DNA of 64,000 nucleotides from Granulicella sp. (GCA_027339965.1 DAHWNL010000051.1:1-64000), one strand, 5' to 3'; shown: positions 50,092-60,432, counted from the first letter of the stretch. The notes: a model not told the origin generated them from the letters alone. Program-made: numbers and translations.

Positions 50092-53000
50092 CTACTGCTG
50101 GACGACTGTGACCTGCGGCGAGGTTCCATCGGCGCTCAGGCAAGCTAGCCGTCCATGGGTGCTGGAATTGCTCGCCGCCTGGTCCTGACGGATCGCAAAG
50201 CAATAAGATTTGGTCAGCGTGCCGGTGCTCTGCATGACGTTCAAAACGAAGATTCCCACGGAGGCCGTTGGATCATAGGTGGTGTCCGGCGCCAGCATCC
50301 CGCTGGCGGTAACACCAATCGCGCCGCTGAGCCCTTCATCCCAATCCGCGTCGTTTTGGCTGCCCTTGTCCTGAGCAAAGGGGGAGATGTCGCCATCGGA
50401 GCTGACACTGAGAATCCCGGAACTGGAGCCACGGCTGGGGTCGCCGTTCGCCACAGAGCCCATGAAGTAGCTGGCGGCCAGATCGTCTACCGTCCAGCCA
50501 CCAGAGCTTGGCCCCGCCTGCGGTTCCATCCAACCGATCCAATCAGAGGACTGCGACGAGCTGGACGCGGCGTCCAGATAAGCCGCTGCATTGCTGTTGT
50601 AGACATACAGCACAACCCCGGGCGCGGCTTGACCAGAGATCGACTCCGTGGTGCGTCCCGTGGTCGCATCCGCGTCAAATGTCACTCCACTCAGAGACTT
50701 GGAACTGATCGTACCGGCATTGTTTTCAATCTGAGTCATTTCGCCGTTCGCAAATTGCATCGCCGTGGCTGCGTAACCCTGCGCGCTATCCTGACCCGAT
50801 GCGTAGATCACCGCCGGCCCGGCCGGCACACTGGTAGCCTTCTGCAAGCGCGCCTGGCCAATCACAAAGTCAGCCCCGGTGCTGTCGTCGTGAGGATTGT
50901 CGCTGATAAAGACGGCGTCTCCGGCCGCATCGCCGGTAGGAAACATTACTACCGGAATCAGGCTGCTGCTGGTGCTGCCGAAGCTGTTGAAGGTGGCCGC
51001 CCCGTAGACGTTTCCCTCCGGGGTAAGGCTGGAGCCGGTCAGCGTCTCGTCCGCCGTGTAACTGCCTTGAATCACTGCATCCATCGTTCCCGTGGAAGAG
51101 CTGCTGCTGAAGTCGATGGAGCCGACAGCACCTGCCAGACTCCCATCCTCCCACTCGCCTCTCAGCAGAAAGACGTAGTTGGCAGTTTCGACAGTTGGGC
51201 TGCTGCTCTGCAGGTAGCAGCGGCCAGAGCCGGTAACGCCAGAAGGAGATGTTCCCGCATCATCCATCTCTGTAAGGGCAATCCTGCTGAATTGGTTACT
51301 GCTGTTCAGATCACCCCCGGCAAGCGCAAAGAGGGCGCTAAGGTTGTTCGAGCCTTTCAGCTCAAGATATCCCCGGTTGTCGGAGCCGACCGCGTAGGTG
51401 CCGGTGAACCCTTCCGCAAGAAAGCCATTGGATGGTCCGTTGGAGTCCATCTGGCCGCCGGTAATCACGCCGCTGCCGTTGCTGGTGAAAGCAAAGACCA
51501 TCCCCCCGCGATAGAGCGTGCTGCCCGTCTGCTCCTTCACTCCGCTGGGCCAGAACTGGTCGACGTAGCAGGCGTACTGGGCACTTAGCTCAGCATCATT
51601 CGTGGTAGCCGTCTCCGCAACCACGCTCAAGGTCAACGGCGCGCTATCTTGCTCAGCAGTGGGCGTACTGCTGTCGGTCGCATCCACGGTCACCGAGGAC
51701 GAGCCCGCAGAACTCGGCGTGCCAACAATCTGATCGGGGCTTGCGCTCGCTTGTTCCAGGCCAGCGGGCAGGCCGGAGTAAGTCACGGTGTAAGGAGATG
51801 TACCTCCGCTGACGCTCAGATTCGCGTAGGTATATGGCATGTTCGCCATGCCCTGCGGCACGCTGTTTAGCGTGACCGTCAACGGAGAGGGGTTGACCAC
51901 GATGGTGTAGGCCACCGTCGCGGTGTCGCTGGTCTTCGTGGTGTCAATGACCTCCACCGTCAGCGAGAGGCTGGTTTCAGCCGCGCTCGGGTCTCCGCCA
52001 AAGGTCAACACGTTGCTCCCGTTGTTCGAGGCCGTAAGCCCATCTCCGTTCGCAATCGTTGTGGCCGCCCCGCCCACGGGGATGGCTGTTCCGTTCACGA
52101 CAAACTCGTAGTTGCTGCCGCCCGCCCCTCCCGTGGCGCTGATCGACCCAGAGTAGGTCTCTCCTACGATTCCCGAAGGCAAGGGATGGCTACCTGCCGC
52201 CGGCAGGGACACCGCCTGACTGCTCACGACGATGCTATACGCTTTGGATCCCGAGTCACCGTAGGCATCGGCGGCGCTGATCGTGAAGTTGTACGTTCCA
52301 ACAGCGGTTGGCGTTCCAGAGATCCCTCCCGTTACTCCGTTCAGCGTCAGGCCTGGCGGCAGGCTGCTGCCCGCGGCCAGCCCGTAGGTCAACGACCCCA
52401 CGCCGCCGCCGGCCAACGCCGCATAGGTGGTCGCGTAGGCCTGACCCTCGGTGGCAGTGGCGGCAATCTCTCCGAGAAACACAATCGGCGCAGCAGGCTG
52501 GATGGTAATCGTCATGGGCGCGGAAGTCGCGGTCAGCGCCTTCGGCGTCCCAGAATCGGCGAAGGTGAAAATGATGCTGCTGTAGGTCCCGGCGCAGGAT
52601 GCGGTCAACGCCGTTCCCGACGCCGTGGTCAGAATGCCCGATGCACTCAAGGTCAGGCAACTCGGCAGAGCATGGCCACTGCTGCTGACTGACCAGTTCC
52701 GATAAGGGGGGATGCCGCCACTGCCTTGCAGTTGTAACGCATAAGCCCCTCCCACCGCCCCGTCAAGGCTCGCGTTGGTGCTGATGACCTCCGGCGCAGA
52801 CGGAATGGTGATCGTCGCCGTTCCGCGGATTGAGCTGTCAGCACTCGATGTCGCCGTGATCGTCACGGTCTGCATCGCGCTCGTCGCTGCCGGCGCCGTG
52901 AACGTCGCCGACGTTGCGGTCTGGCTGGAGAGCGATCCAGTGGACGTGCTCCAACTCACCCCTGCCGAGCTGTTCGTCACCGTGGCGCTGAGAGTTGTCG

Positions 53001-53160
53001 TATCCGTCCCATCGACGGTGCTCGCGCTCGCCTTCACCGTCACAGTCCCAGGCACTGGAACGGAAGAGCTGCCTCCGCTACAGCCTGTGAAGGAGACCAA
53101 CGAAATGAAAAGAGCAAGCCCGAAGCAGTTCGTCAACAGAGCCCGACACAGACCACGCAT
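50092..53160 (-). CDS. Surface lipoprotein with putative Ig (He_PIG-like) repeats
   Basis: Lipobox SFTGC; repeats such as GGIPPY..W, LPPGLTLN..G.ISGTPT, GGTSPYT..GLPAGL; Ser/Thr/Gly-rich. Confidence 0.85.
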   Translation of the reverse strand: MRGLCRALLTNCFGLALFISLVSFTGCSGGSSSVPVPGTVTVKASASTVDGTDTTTLSATVTNSSAGVSWSTSTGSLSSQTATSATFTAPAATSAMQTVTITATSSADSSIRGTATITIPSAPEVISTNASLDGAVGGAYALQLQGSGGIPPYRNWSVSSSGHALPSCLTLSASGILTTASGTALTASCAGTYSSIIFTFADSGTPKALTATSAPMTITIQPAAPIVFLGEIAATATEGQAYATTYAALAGGGVGSLTYGLAAGSSLPPGLTLNGVTGGISGTPTAVGTYNFTISAADAYGDSGSKAYSIVVSSQAVSLPAAGSHPLPSGIVGETYSGSISATGGAGGSNYEFVVNGTAIPVGGAATTIANGDGLTASNNGSNVLTFGGDPSAAETSLSLTVEVIDTTKTSDTATVAYTIVVNPSPLTVTLNSVPQGMANMPYTYANLSVSGGTSPYTVTYSGLPAGLEQASASPDQIVGTPSSAGSSSVTVDATDSSTPTAEQDSAPLTLSVVAETATTNDAELSAQYACYVDQFWPSGVKEQTGSTLYRGGMVFAFTSNGSGVITGGQMDSNGPSNGFLAEGFTGTYAVGSDNRGYLELKGSNNLSALFALAGGDLNSSNQFSRIALTEMDDAGTSPSGVTGSGRCYLQSSSPTVETANYVFLLRGEWEDGSLAGAVGSIDFSSSSSTGTMDAVIQGSYTADETLTGSSLTPEGNVYGAATFNSFGSTSSSLIPVVMFPTGDAAGDAVFISDNPHDDSTGADFVIGQARLQKATSVPAGPAVIYASGQDSAQGYAATAMQFANGEMTQIENNAGTISSKSLSGVTFDADATTGRTTESISGQAAPGVVLYVYNSNAAAYLDAASSSSQSSDWIGWMEPQAGPSSGGWTVDDLAASYFMGSVANGDPSRGSSSGILSVSSDGDISPFAQDKGSQNDADWDEGLSGAIGVTASGMLAPDTTYDPTASVGIFVLNVMQSTGTLTKSYCFAIRQDQAASNSSTHGRLACLSADGTSPQVTVVQQ

Positions 53161-53391
53161 AGCCCGACCACCTCAATCGCTTTGCAGCACCCGCTTGCGA
53201 GCACGTTGCAACCGAGCCAAAGCAATGAGCGAGGCGCGGCACATGATGGAATGGCAAACGAAGCTACGGCATGGATAGTGTAGCTTCTTGGCCAGGAGTT
53301 TTGCTTTTCAACAAACGCTGAGATGCGCTCACAAGATTTCAGGATGCTTGCAGTCGATCGATCAAGGAGAAAGATCAACCCGCTCGCCCTA

Positions 53392-53502
53392 AAGCAGTTT
53401 CAGTGCAGGTGTACCCAATGCCTCGACTTCTATGGGCGTTTTCCCCAATGAAAACGCCACTGTAAGCCCTCTTCGGGACACCCATCAACACTGAAAATAC
53501 TA
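53392..53502 (+). mobile_element. 111-bp MITE, copy 3
   Basis: TA-flanked (53390-91, 53503-04); AAGCAGTTTCAGTG...CACTGAAAATACTA. Confidence 0.88.
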
Positions 53503-53584
53503 TAAGAGATGAAGCTACTTCTCGTTTAGTTTTAATGCTCACTCCATCCTCCGCCGGCTCCCGTTCGCTCTGCGATCTCAACCA

Positions 53585-54733
53585 TCATTCCCAGGTCAGG
53601 GAGCCGCCGTTCTGGTACTCGATCACGCGGGTCTCAAAGAAGTTCTTCTCCTTCTTCAGATCCATGGCCTCTGACATCCACGGGAACGGATTCTCCGTCA
53701 CGGTAAAGACCGGCTCCAGGCCCAACTGAGCGCAACGCCGGTTGGCGATAAAGTGCATATATTGTTCGCACAGGCCGGCGCTCAAGCCAAGAAGCCCGTT
53801 CGGCATCGTATCCCGTGCATAAGCCGCCTCCAGCTCCGCCGCAGAGCGCAGCATCTGGCGCACCTCCTGCTGAAACTCCTGGCTCCAGAGATGGGGGTTC
53901 TCGATCTTGATCTGGTTGATCACATCCACTCCGAAGTTCAGGTGAATCGACTCGTCGCGCAGGATGTACTGATACTGTTCAGCAACTCCCACCATCTTGT
54001 TGCGCCGGCCGAGCGATAGAATCTGCGCAAACCCGGTGTAAAACCAGACCCCCTCGAAGACCACATAGAAGGCAATCAGATCCCGCAGGAACGCCTGATC
54101 CGCGGCGCGCGTTCCGGTCTGAAAGGAAGGATCGCTAAGGTTTTGCGTATATTCAAGCGCCCAGGCAGCCTTCTGCGTGATCGAGGGAACCTCGCGGTAC
54201 ATATTGAACAGCTCGCCCTCATCCAGACCCAGACTTTCCACGATGTACTGGAAGGTGTGGGTATGCACTGCCTCCTCAAAGGCCTGGCGCAACAGATACT
54301 GCCGACACTCGGGGTTGGTAAGATGCCGGTAGATGGCCAGCACAATGTTGTTGGCCACCAGGGACTCCGAGGCAGCAAAGAAGCCCAGGTTCCGTTTGAT
54401 GACGTGGCGCTCTTCGGCCGTCAGCCCCTCTGCGCTCTTCCAGAGCGCGATATCGGCCTGCATGGAAACCTCGGTCGGCATCCAGTGGTTGTTGCATGCG
54501 GAGAGATATTTCTCCCACGCCCAGCGATACTTCAACGGCAGCAGTTGATTGACGTCGGCATGGCAGTTGATCATCGCCTTGTCGTCCACCCGTACCCGCG
54601 CGGCGCCGCGCGCAATCTTGCCCAGGCCGGTGCTGTCCGCCTCCTCCTTCACGCCGGGCGGAGTCAGCACAAGCTGCGCCGGCATCTCCTCTTCGAGCTC
54701 TGTCCAGTCCAGCATCTCTTCTCCTTTTGTCAT
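53585..54733 (-). CDS. nrdB: Ribonucleotide reductase beta subunit, class Ic-type (R2c)
   Basis: FFAASESL (Glu as first ligand), EEAVHTHTF (Phe at radical-Tyr site), [22 protein letters not shown]; start may be 54715. Confidence 0.93.
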   Translation of the reverse strand: MTKGEEMLDWTELEEEMPAQLVLTPPGVKEEADSTGLGKIARGAARVRVDDKAMINCHADVNQLLPLKYRWAWEKYLSACNNHWMPTEVSMQADIALWKSAEGLTAEERHVIKRNLGFFAASESLVANNIVLAIYRHLTNPECRQYLLRQAFEEAVHTHTFQYIVESLGLDEGELFNMYREVPSITQKAAWALEYTQNLSDPSFQTGTRAADQAFLRDLIAFYVVFEGVWFYTGFAQILSLGRRNKMVGVAEQYQYILRDESIHLNFGVDVINQIKIENPHLWSQEFQQEVRQMLRSAAELEAAYARDTMPNGLLGLSAGLCEQYMHFIANRRCAQLGLEPVFTVTENPFPWMSEAMDLKKEKNFFETRVIEYQNGGSLTWE

Positions 54734-54744
54734 GGGTTAGCCCG

Positions 54745-57600
54745 CTACTGGCAAGCCTCACAGGTTGGATCGTTGATGGCGCACGTCCTGCCGGCAGCCA
54801 TCTCCACCTGTACCGCATTCAACTTGCCATCGGTACCCTTCAGCGTGGAGCGCTCCACGTGCGTGGCGCTGCGCGAGCGCAGATAATACGTGGTCTTCAA
54901 GCCAGAGCGCCACGCCTGCCGATAGAGGGCGTCGAGCTTCTTCCCACTCGGCTCCGCGATGTAGAGATTCAGCGACTGGGCCTGATCAATCCACTTCTGC
55001 CGCCGCGCCGCCGCCTGGATCAGCCAGGTTGGCTCAATTTCGAAGGCTGTGGCGTACAACTGCTTGAGATCTTCCGGCACCCGATCGATCGAGCCCAGCG
55101 AGCCGTCGAAGTACTTCAGATCGCTGACCATCACCTCATCCCAGAGCCCCCGCCGCTTCAGGTCGTAGACCAACGCCGCATTCACCACGGTGAAGTCGCC
55201 GGACATGTTCGATTTCACAAATAGATTCTGATACGCCGGTTCAATCGACTGGGTCACACCGCAGATGTTGGCAATCGTCGCTGTAGGGGCAATCGCCATT
55301 GTGTTGGAGTTACGCATACCCACAGCCTTTACCCGCTCCCGCAGCCCAGGCCAATCCAGCCGCTCCGTGCGGTCGCACTCGAGCGTATGGCTGCGGTGCT
55401 CCTGCAACAGCTCGAGCGAATCGATCGGCAGCACGCCTTGACTCCATAGCGAGCCCTCGAAGCTGGCATAGCGCCCCCGCTCAGCAGCCAGATCCACAGA
55501 GGCGGAGATAGCGGAGTAGCTGATCTGCTCCATACTCTCGTCGGCGAACTCTACGGCGGCCTTGGAGGCATAAGGAATCCGCAAGGTGTAAAGCGCATCC
55601 TGGAAGCCCATCACGCCCAGGCCGACCGGCCGATGGCGCAGATTGGAGCGCCGCGCCTCCGGTACGGTGTAGAAGTTGATGTCAATGACGTTGTCCAGCA
55701 TCCGCATCGCCGTCCTCACCGTTTTTCTGAGCCGAACCTCATCGAGGCCGTCGGGCGTCACGTGACGAGCCAGATTGATGGAGCCTAGGTTGCACACCGC
55801 AATCTCCTGCTGGCTCGTGTTCAGCGTGATCTCCGTGCAAAGATTGGAAGAGTGCACGACTCCTGCATGTTGCTGCGGCGAACGCAGGTTGCAGGGATCC
55901 TTGAAGGTGATCCAGGGGTGCCCGGTCTCGAAGAGCATGGTGAGCATTTTGCGCCACAGGTCCACTGCGCGCAGCGTGCGCGTCACCTTCATCTCTCCGC
56001 GCAGCGCCTTGGCCTCATAGAAGCTGTATCTCTCCGCAAACGCCTTGCCGTAGAGGTCATGCAGGTCCGGAGCTTCATCGGGCGAGAACAACGTCCAGGA
56101 GCCGTCCTGTTCCACGCGTTCCAGAAACAGGTCCGGGATCCAGTTGGCCGTGTTCATGTCATGCGTGCGCCGCCGGTCGTCGCCAGTATTCTTGCGCAGA
56201 TCCAGAAACTCCTCGATGTCGATGTGCCAGGTCTCCAGGTAGCCGCAGACGGCGCCTTTGCGCTTGCCTCCCTGGTTCACGGCGATGGCTGTATCGTTGG
56301 CCACCTTCAGGAAAGGCACCACGCCCTGTGACTGCCCATTGGTTCCGCGAATGTGCGCTCCCAAGCCACGTACCCGGCTCCAGTCATTGCCCAGCCCGCC
56401 GGAGTACTTCGCCAGCAGGGCGTTGTCCTTGATCGCCTTGAAGATGTCCTCCAAATCGTCGCTGATGGTGGTGAGAAAGCAGGAGGAGAGCTGCGGACGA
56501 AGGGTTCCGGCATTGAACAGCGTGGGCGTGGAGCACATGAAATCAAATGAAGAGAGAATCTCGTAGAACTCCAGCGCCCGCTGATCGCGGTCGATCTCCC
56601 GTATCGCCAAGCCCATGGCCACACGCATGAAGAAAGCCTGCGGCAGCTCGTAACGCACGCCCTGATGATGCAGGAAGTAGCGGTCATAGAGGGTCTGCAG
56701 TCCCAGCAGTTGAAAGTTGCGATCCCGGTCCGCATCCAGCGCCCGGCTGATGCGATCCAGATCGAAGCTCCCCATCTCCTCCTCCAGCATCTCCAGTTCG
56801 ATGCCGCGCCGGATGAACTCGGGAAAGTACTCGGCATATTCCAGCGGCCGCTGTGCAGACTTTGTGCCTGCGGTCTGCGGGAACAGAAAGTTCATCGCTT
56901 CGTCGCGCAACAGATTCAGAAGCAGGCGAGCGCTGACGTATGCATAGTTCGGCTCCTGCTCCACCAGGGTTCGCGCAGCCATGGTCTGCGCCAGGCCCAA
57001 CTCGCGCATCTGGATGCCGTCGTAAAGGCTTCGACGCACCTCAGCCATCACACTCTCCGCGGAGACGCCCTCCAGCCCTAGACAAGCGTCGGTGATCTCT
57101 CTCCGCAGCCGCGTCTCATCGATTGGCTCCAGCCGTCCATCCGAAGTACGCATCCTCCAATGCGGAGCCTGCGCCCCTACCGCCGGCTCATCGCGTTTGC
57201 GCCGCTCCTGCGCGCGTTCTTCGCGATACAGCACATAGGCGCGAGCCACCTTGTGCTCACCGCTGCGCATCAGCGCCAACTCTACCTGGTCCTGAATGTC
57301 TTCCAGATGAATCGGACGTCCGGGCTCTGCCCGCCGGCTCAGCGCTTGCACCACCTGCGACGTCAAAGCCTCCACGGCAGCTCGGATCCTGCGCGAAGCT
57401 CCTGCCTCCGCTCCCTCCACCGCAACAAACGCCTTGGTGATCGCGAGTGTGATCTTGTTGGCGTCAAAGGGAGAAAACGCGCCGTTGCGGTTGATCACCT
57501 GAATCTCCTTCGCCGCCGTGGCGCGCAAACCCTGGCGGTCGGAAAGCTCAAGCGGGACAGGCAGATTCTGGGTTGCAAACTCATGCGGCAGCGTGGCCAT
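54745..57600 (-). CDS. nrdA: Ribonucleotide reductase alpha subunit with two ATP cones
   Basis: STPTLFNAGT, LSSCF, SNLCTEI, APTAT, KTTYYLR, C-terminal CEACQ; AAGGAG SD. Confidence 0.96.
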   Translation of the reverse strand: MATLPHEFATQNLPVPLELSDRQGLRATAAKEIQVINRNGAFSPFDANKITLAITKAFVAVEGAEAGASRRIRAAVEALTSQVVQALSRRAEPGRPIHLEDIQDQVELALMRSGEHKVARAYVLYREERAQERRKRDEPAVGAQAPHWRMRTSDGRLEPIDETRLRREITDACLGLEGVSAESVMAEVRRSLYDGIQMRELGLAQTMAARTLVEQEPNYAYVSARLLLNLLRDEAMNFLFPQTAGTKSAQRPLEYAEYFPEFIRRGIELEMLEEEMGSFDLDRISRALDADRDRNFQLLGLQTLYDRYFLHHQGVRYELPQAFFMRVAMGLAIREIDRDQRALEFYEILSSFDFMCSTPTLFNAGTLRPQLSSCFLTTISDDLEDIFKAIKDNALLAKYSGGLGNDWSRVRGLGAHIRGTNGQSQGVVPFLKVANDTAIAVNQGGKRKGAVCGYLETWHIDIEEFLDLRKNTGDDRRRTHDMNTANWIPDLFLERVEQDGSWTLFSPDEAPDLHDLYGKAFAERYSFYEAKALRGEMKVTRTLRAVDLWRKMLTMLFETGHPWITFKDPCNLRSPQQHAGVVHSSNLCTEITLNTSQQEIAVCNLGSINLARHVTPDGLDEVRLRKTVRTAMRMLDNVIDINFYTVPEARRSNLRHRPVGLGVMGFQDALYTLRIPYASKAAVEFADESMEQISYSAISASVDLAAERGRYASFEGSLWSQGVLPIDSLELLQEHRSHTLECDRTERLDWPGLRERVKAVGMRNSNTMAIAPTATIANICGVTQSIEPAYQNLFVKSNMSGDFTVVNAALVYDLKRRGLWDEVMVSDLKYFDGSLGSIDRVPEDLKQLYATAFEIEPTWLIQAAARRQKWIDQAQSLNLYIAEPSGKKLDALYRQAWRSGLKTTYYLRSRSATHVERSTLKGTDGKLNAVQVEMAAGRTCAINDPTCEACQ

Positions 57601-57711
57601 AGACGATCTCCTTATGGCCTCACGGAGCGATGCGAAGAAACAGCGGATGGACTCCGACTTGACGGAGACGGTCCCTGCCACCTCGCCTCCCCTCGGAGGC
57701 GTCAGCGAATG

Positions 57712-57873
57712 TTCCTTGGCAGGTCTTCGGACTCACAGGCTCTGCCTACTCGCCGGACTTCCCAGGCCAACAGCCCAGTGTCGTTTCGGCTTTCGTACCT
57801 GCTCACCGCTGCGGGGCAGTTCCGGTCTCTCACCGGATTCCCTTTTCATCCTCTTTGCAGAGGAACCGAGGAA
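57712..57873 (-). ncRNA. Cobalamin riboswitch
   Basis: AAAAGGGAATCCGGTGAGAGACCGGAACTGCCCCGCAGCGGT, CACTGGG..CTGGGAAG, B12 box GAGTCCGAAGACCTGCC. Confidence 0.95.
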
Positions 57874-57877
57874 TTTG

Positions 57878-57909
57878 ACCACTATATCTTGAGCAGTTGC
57901 GAATTGCAA
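57878..57909 (-). promoter_or_regulatory. nrdAB sigma70 promoter with overlapping NrdR box
   Basis: TTGCAA-N17-TATAGT on the - strand; ACCACTATATCTTGAG (57878-93) fits the NrdR consensus and covers the -10. Confidence 0.75.
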
Positions 57910-58348
57910 TTCTACCCATTGCGTCCTCTGTGCAGATTCGGCCCCAAAAGCGGAATCCCTCTTCGAGGCCCCATTCGGCCCTCGGGCCATTGGCCGGAGG
58001 ACTTCGCGGCATGGAGGCCACGGGCCAGCGTTTATCGTCTGGCGCGGTGACTCCAGCAACCGGTGTACGAACTTCTGATGAGGGTGGCTGATGGGTCAAA
58101 CCGCCGCGTCATGGACGCATCATCATGGACGCATCATCGGGAGTCTACGGGCAAAGATAGCTCGAAGAGGCCATTCACTCCCCGTCTCCAGGACAAGTTC
58201 GATGCCAAACGCGGTCTTCCCCCACTGCAAACAACCCGTTTCGAGGTCGACCCCTGAGGGTTTCACGGCGTCCACGCTTCCGGAGGTCGGGTTTGCGGTG
58301 CTTTTCCGGGCGCGGGTGAGGCCGGCCATTGGGAGGGAAGAAGACGTG

Positions 58349-58416
58349 ATGGAGAACTTTGTTTGAAGGTGTTCCGGACCATCGCGGCGCCCGTCAACTT
58401 CACCCACGCGGCAGAA
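58349..58416 (+). pseudogene. Frameshifted, truncated LysR HTH fragment
   Basis: MENF/(1-nt loss)/LKVFRTIAAPVNFTHAAE resembles the start of a LysR HTH; purine-rich SD upstream; similarity ends after ~23 codons. Confidence 0.6.
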
Positions 58417-58519
58417 GGCGGGAACAGCACAAGAGAGACACAGGTTTGTGGGAGGCCCGCTCGATGGACTCCGCTGAAAACCTGAAACCTCTTCATTTCT
58501 TTAGGCTTATGGAAAGTTA

Positions 58520-58612
58520 TGGCGGAGAGTGGGGGATTCGAACCCCCGATAGAACTTTTGATCCTATAACGGTTTAGCAAACCGCCGCCTTCAGCCACTC
58601 GGCCAACTCTCC
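58520..58612 (-). tRNA. tRNA-Ser(GCT)
   Basis: GGAGAGT acceptor stem, anticodon loop TT-GCT-AA, long variable arm, GGTTCGAATCC, encoded CCA; TATAAT upstream (58629-34). Confidence 0.97.
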
Positions 58613-59067
58613 TGCGGGGTTGCTCTTGATTATAGCCCGTAACCAAACCTAGCGGTGAGCAGATCGGCGCGGAAATGGAGCCGCGAGGGAGAAGGCGCGG
58701 AGAGCCCGAAGCGACAAAGGTCAGGCAAAGCACGGATCGGATGGATCCGAGCGCCAAGAGGCCGTTTCGCGATACAGTGCAAACAACCCTCTTGAATTCG
58801 CCGTGGACCATCCCGCCCCTGCGTTGCTCGCCCGTGACGCGAGACCGTCCGCCGCAGAGTTCTCGGTGCAGGAGTCCCCTGAGGTTTGGAGCTTTCTGGG
58901 CGTCTCTCCAGAACCGCAGGCAGCCTGGAAGCCCACAGGCTGGGGAGGTGGTTCTGGCGAGGGAGGAGACGCCGCGAAGAGGCGCGTTGGGATCTCTTGA
59001 TGCCCGTGCGGAGCGGGCGGCCCAACCACCGGCGGGGAGAGCGCCCGCCTTCCCGGGCGGCAGACGG

Positions 59068-60384
59068 ATGCGCCTGTTGCCGCTGATGGGTGCAACCTAC
59101 TTCATGGTGGCCGGAGGCCCGTATGGACTGGAAGACATCATCGGCAAGGCCGGCTACTGGCATGCCCTGCTGCTGCTCGCCGCCATCCCTTTTCTGTGGA
59201 GCGTGCCCACCGCGTTGATGGTCGGCGAGCTGGCCAGCTCCATCCCTGCTGAAGGCGGATTTTACGTCTGGGTCCGGCGCGCCATGGGTCCCTTCTGGGG
59301 CTTTCAGGAGGCCTGGCTCTCGCTGGCCGCCAGCGTTTTTGATATGGCTCTTTATCCGACTCTTTTCGTGCTCTACCTCGGCCGGATGGCCCCGTCCTGG
59401 GTGGCGGGATGGCGCGGCGCCGGGTGGGAGATCGCCGTGGTAGCCGGCTGCGCGCTCTGGAACCTGAGCGGCGCCCGTACGGTGGGACGCTCCTCGGTGG
59501 CGCTCTTCTGCGTCCTGCTCGCCCCGTTTGCCGTTCTGATTGCCGCCGGAGTGTGGGCCTGGCTGCGCGCCGTCCATGGCCCAGGCGCGGGCTTAGGTGC
59601 CGGCGCTCTGCTGCAACCGGTTCCCGCGCCGGACCTGACCGGAGCCGTCTCCGTAACGCTGTGGAACTACATGGGCTGGGACAACGCCAGCACCGTAGCG
59701 CAGGAGGTGGAGAACCCACAACGAAACTACCCTCGGGCGATGCTGGGAGCGGCGGGCTTGGTGGCCGCAACCTATATTCTGCCGCTGCTGGCCGTGGGTC
59801 TGGCTGGACTGGCTCCGGGCGAGTTCTCCACCGGGGCCTGGAGCAATGCCGCGCTCGCCCTGGGCGGTCCTCTGCTGGCGCTGGGCATCGTGGCCGGAGG
59901 CATGATCAACGGTGTGGGCATGTTCAATCCGCTGATGATGAGCTACTCCCGGCTGCCCTTTATCATGGCCGAAGAGGGTCAGGCTCCAAGCGTGCTCCTG
60001 CGGCAGAACCGGAGAGGCGTTCCCTGGGTAAGTGTGGCGGCCTGCGCGGTGATCTGGGCTCTGGCTCTGGGTTTCAGCTTCGAGCGCCTGATCTCCATCG
60101 ACCTGGTGCTCTATGGAGCTTCTCTGCTGCTGGAGTTTGCCGCGCTGGCCATTCTACGCATGCGAGAGCCCAACCTGCCGCGGCCCTTTCGTGTGCCTGG
60201 AGGAACAGCAGCCGCCGTTGCTCTGGGCATCGCCCCCGCCGTCCTGATCGCCTATGCCATGTGGGCTGCGCGCGATGAACGGATTCTGGGCATGAGCGCT
60301 CTGTTGTTTGCCGCCCTGGTTGGCCTGCTTGGAGCGGCGCTGTATCACCTGCAGACCCGCTGGAAACGACGGGCCGAGTCGTGA
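59068..60384 (+). CDS. APC-family amino acid/polyamine permease
   Basis: VAGGPYGLE, ELASSIPAEGGFYVWV, WNYMGWD, EVENPQRNYP, LPRPFRVP; exact start uncertain. Confidence 0.92.
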   Translation: MRLLPLMGATYFMVAGGPYGLEDIIGKAGYWHALLLLAAIPFLWSVPTALMVGELASSIPAEGGFYVWVRRAMGPFWGFQEAWLSLAASVFDMALYPTLFVLYLGRMAPSWVAGWRGAGWEIAVVAGCALWNLSGARTVGRSSVALFCVLLAPFAVLIAAGVWAWLRAVHGPGAGLGAGALLQPVPAPDLTGAVSVTLWNYMGWDNASTVAQEVENPQRNYPRAMLGAAGLVAATYILPLLAVGLAGLAPGEFSTGAWSNAALALGGPLLALGIVAGGMINGVGMFNPLMMSYSRLPFIMAEEGQAPSVLLRQNRRGVPWVSVAACAVIWALALGFSFERLISIDLVLYGASLLLEFAALAILRMREPNLPRPFRVPGGTAAAVALGIAPAVLIAYAMWAARDERILGMSALLFAALVGLLGAALYHLQTRWKRRAES

Positions 60385-60432
60385 GTGCTTACGAGGGTGG
60401 CAGCGGAGCGAGATGGCGATGTTCCGCCACTG

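Noticed and set aside
57909..57924. Second NrdR box
   Set aside because: Too many mismatches to the consensus
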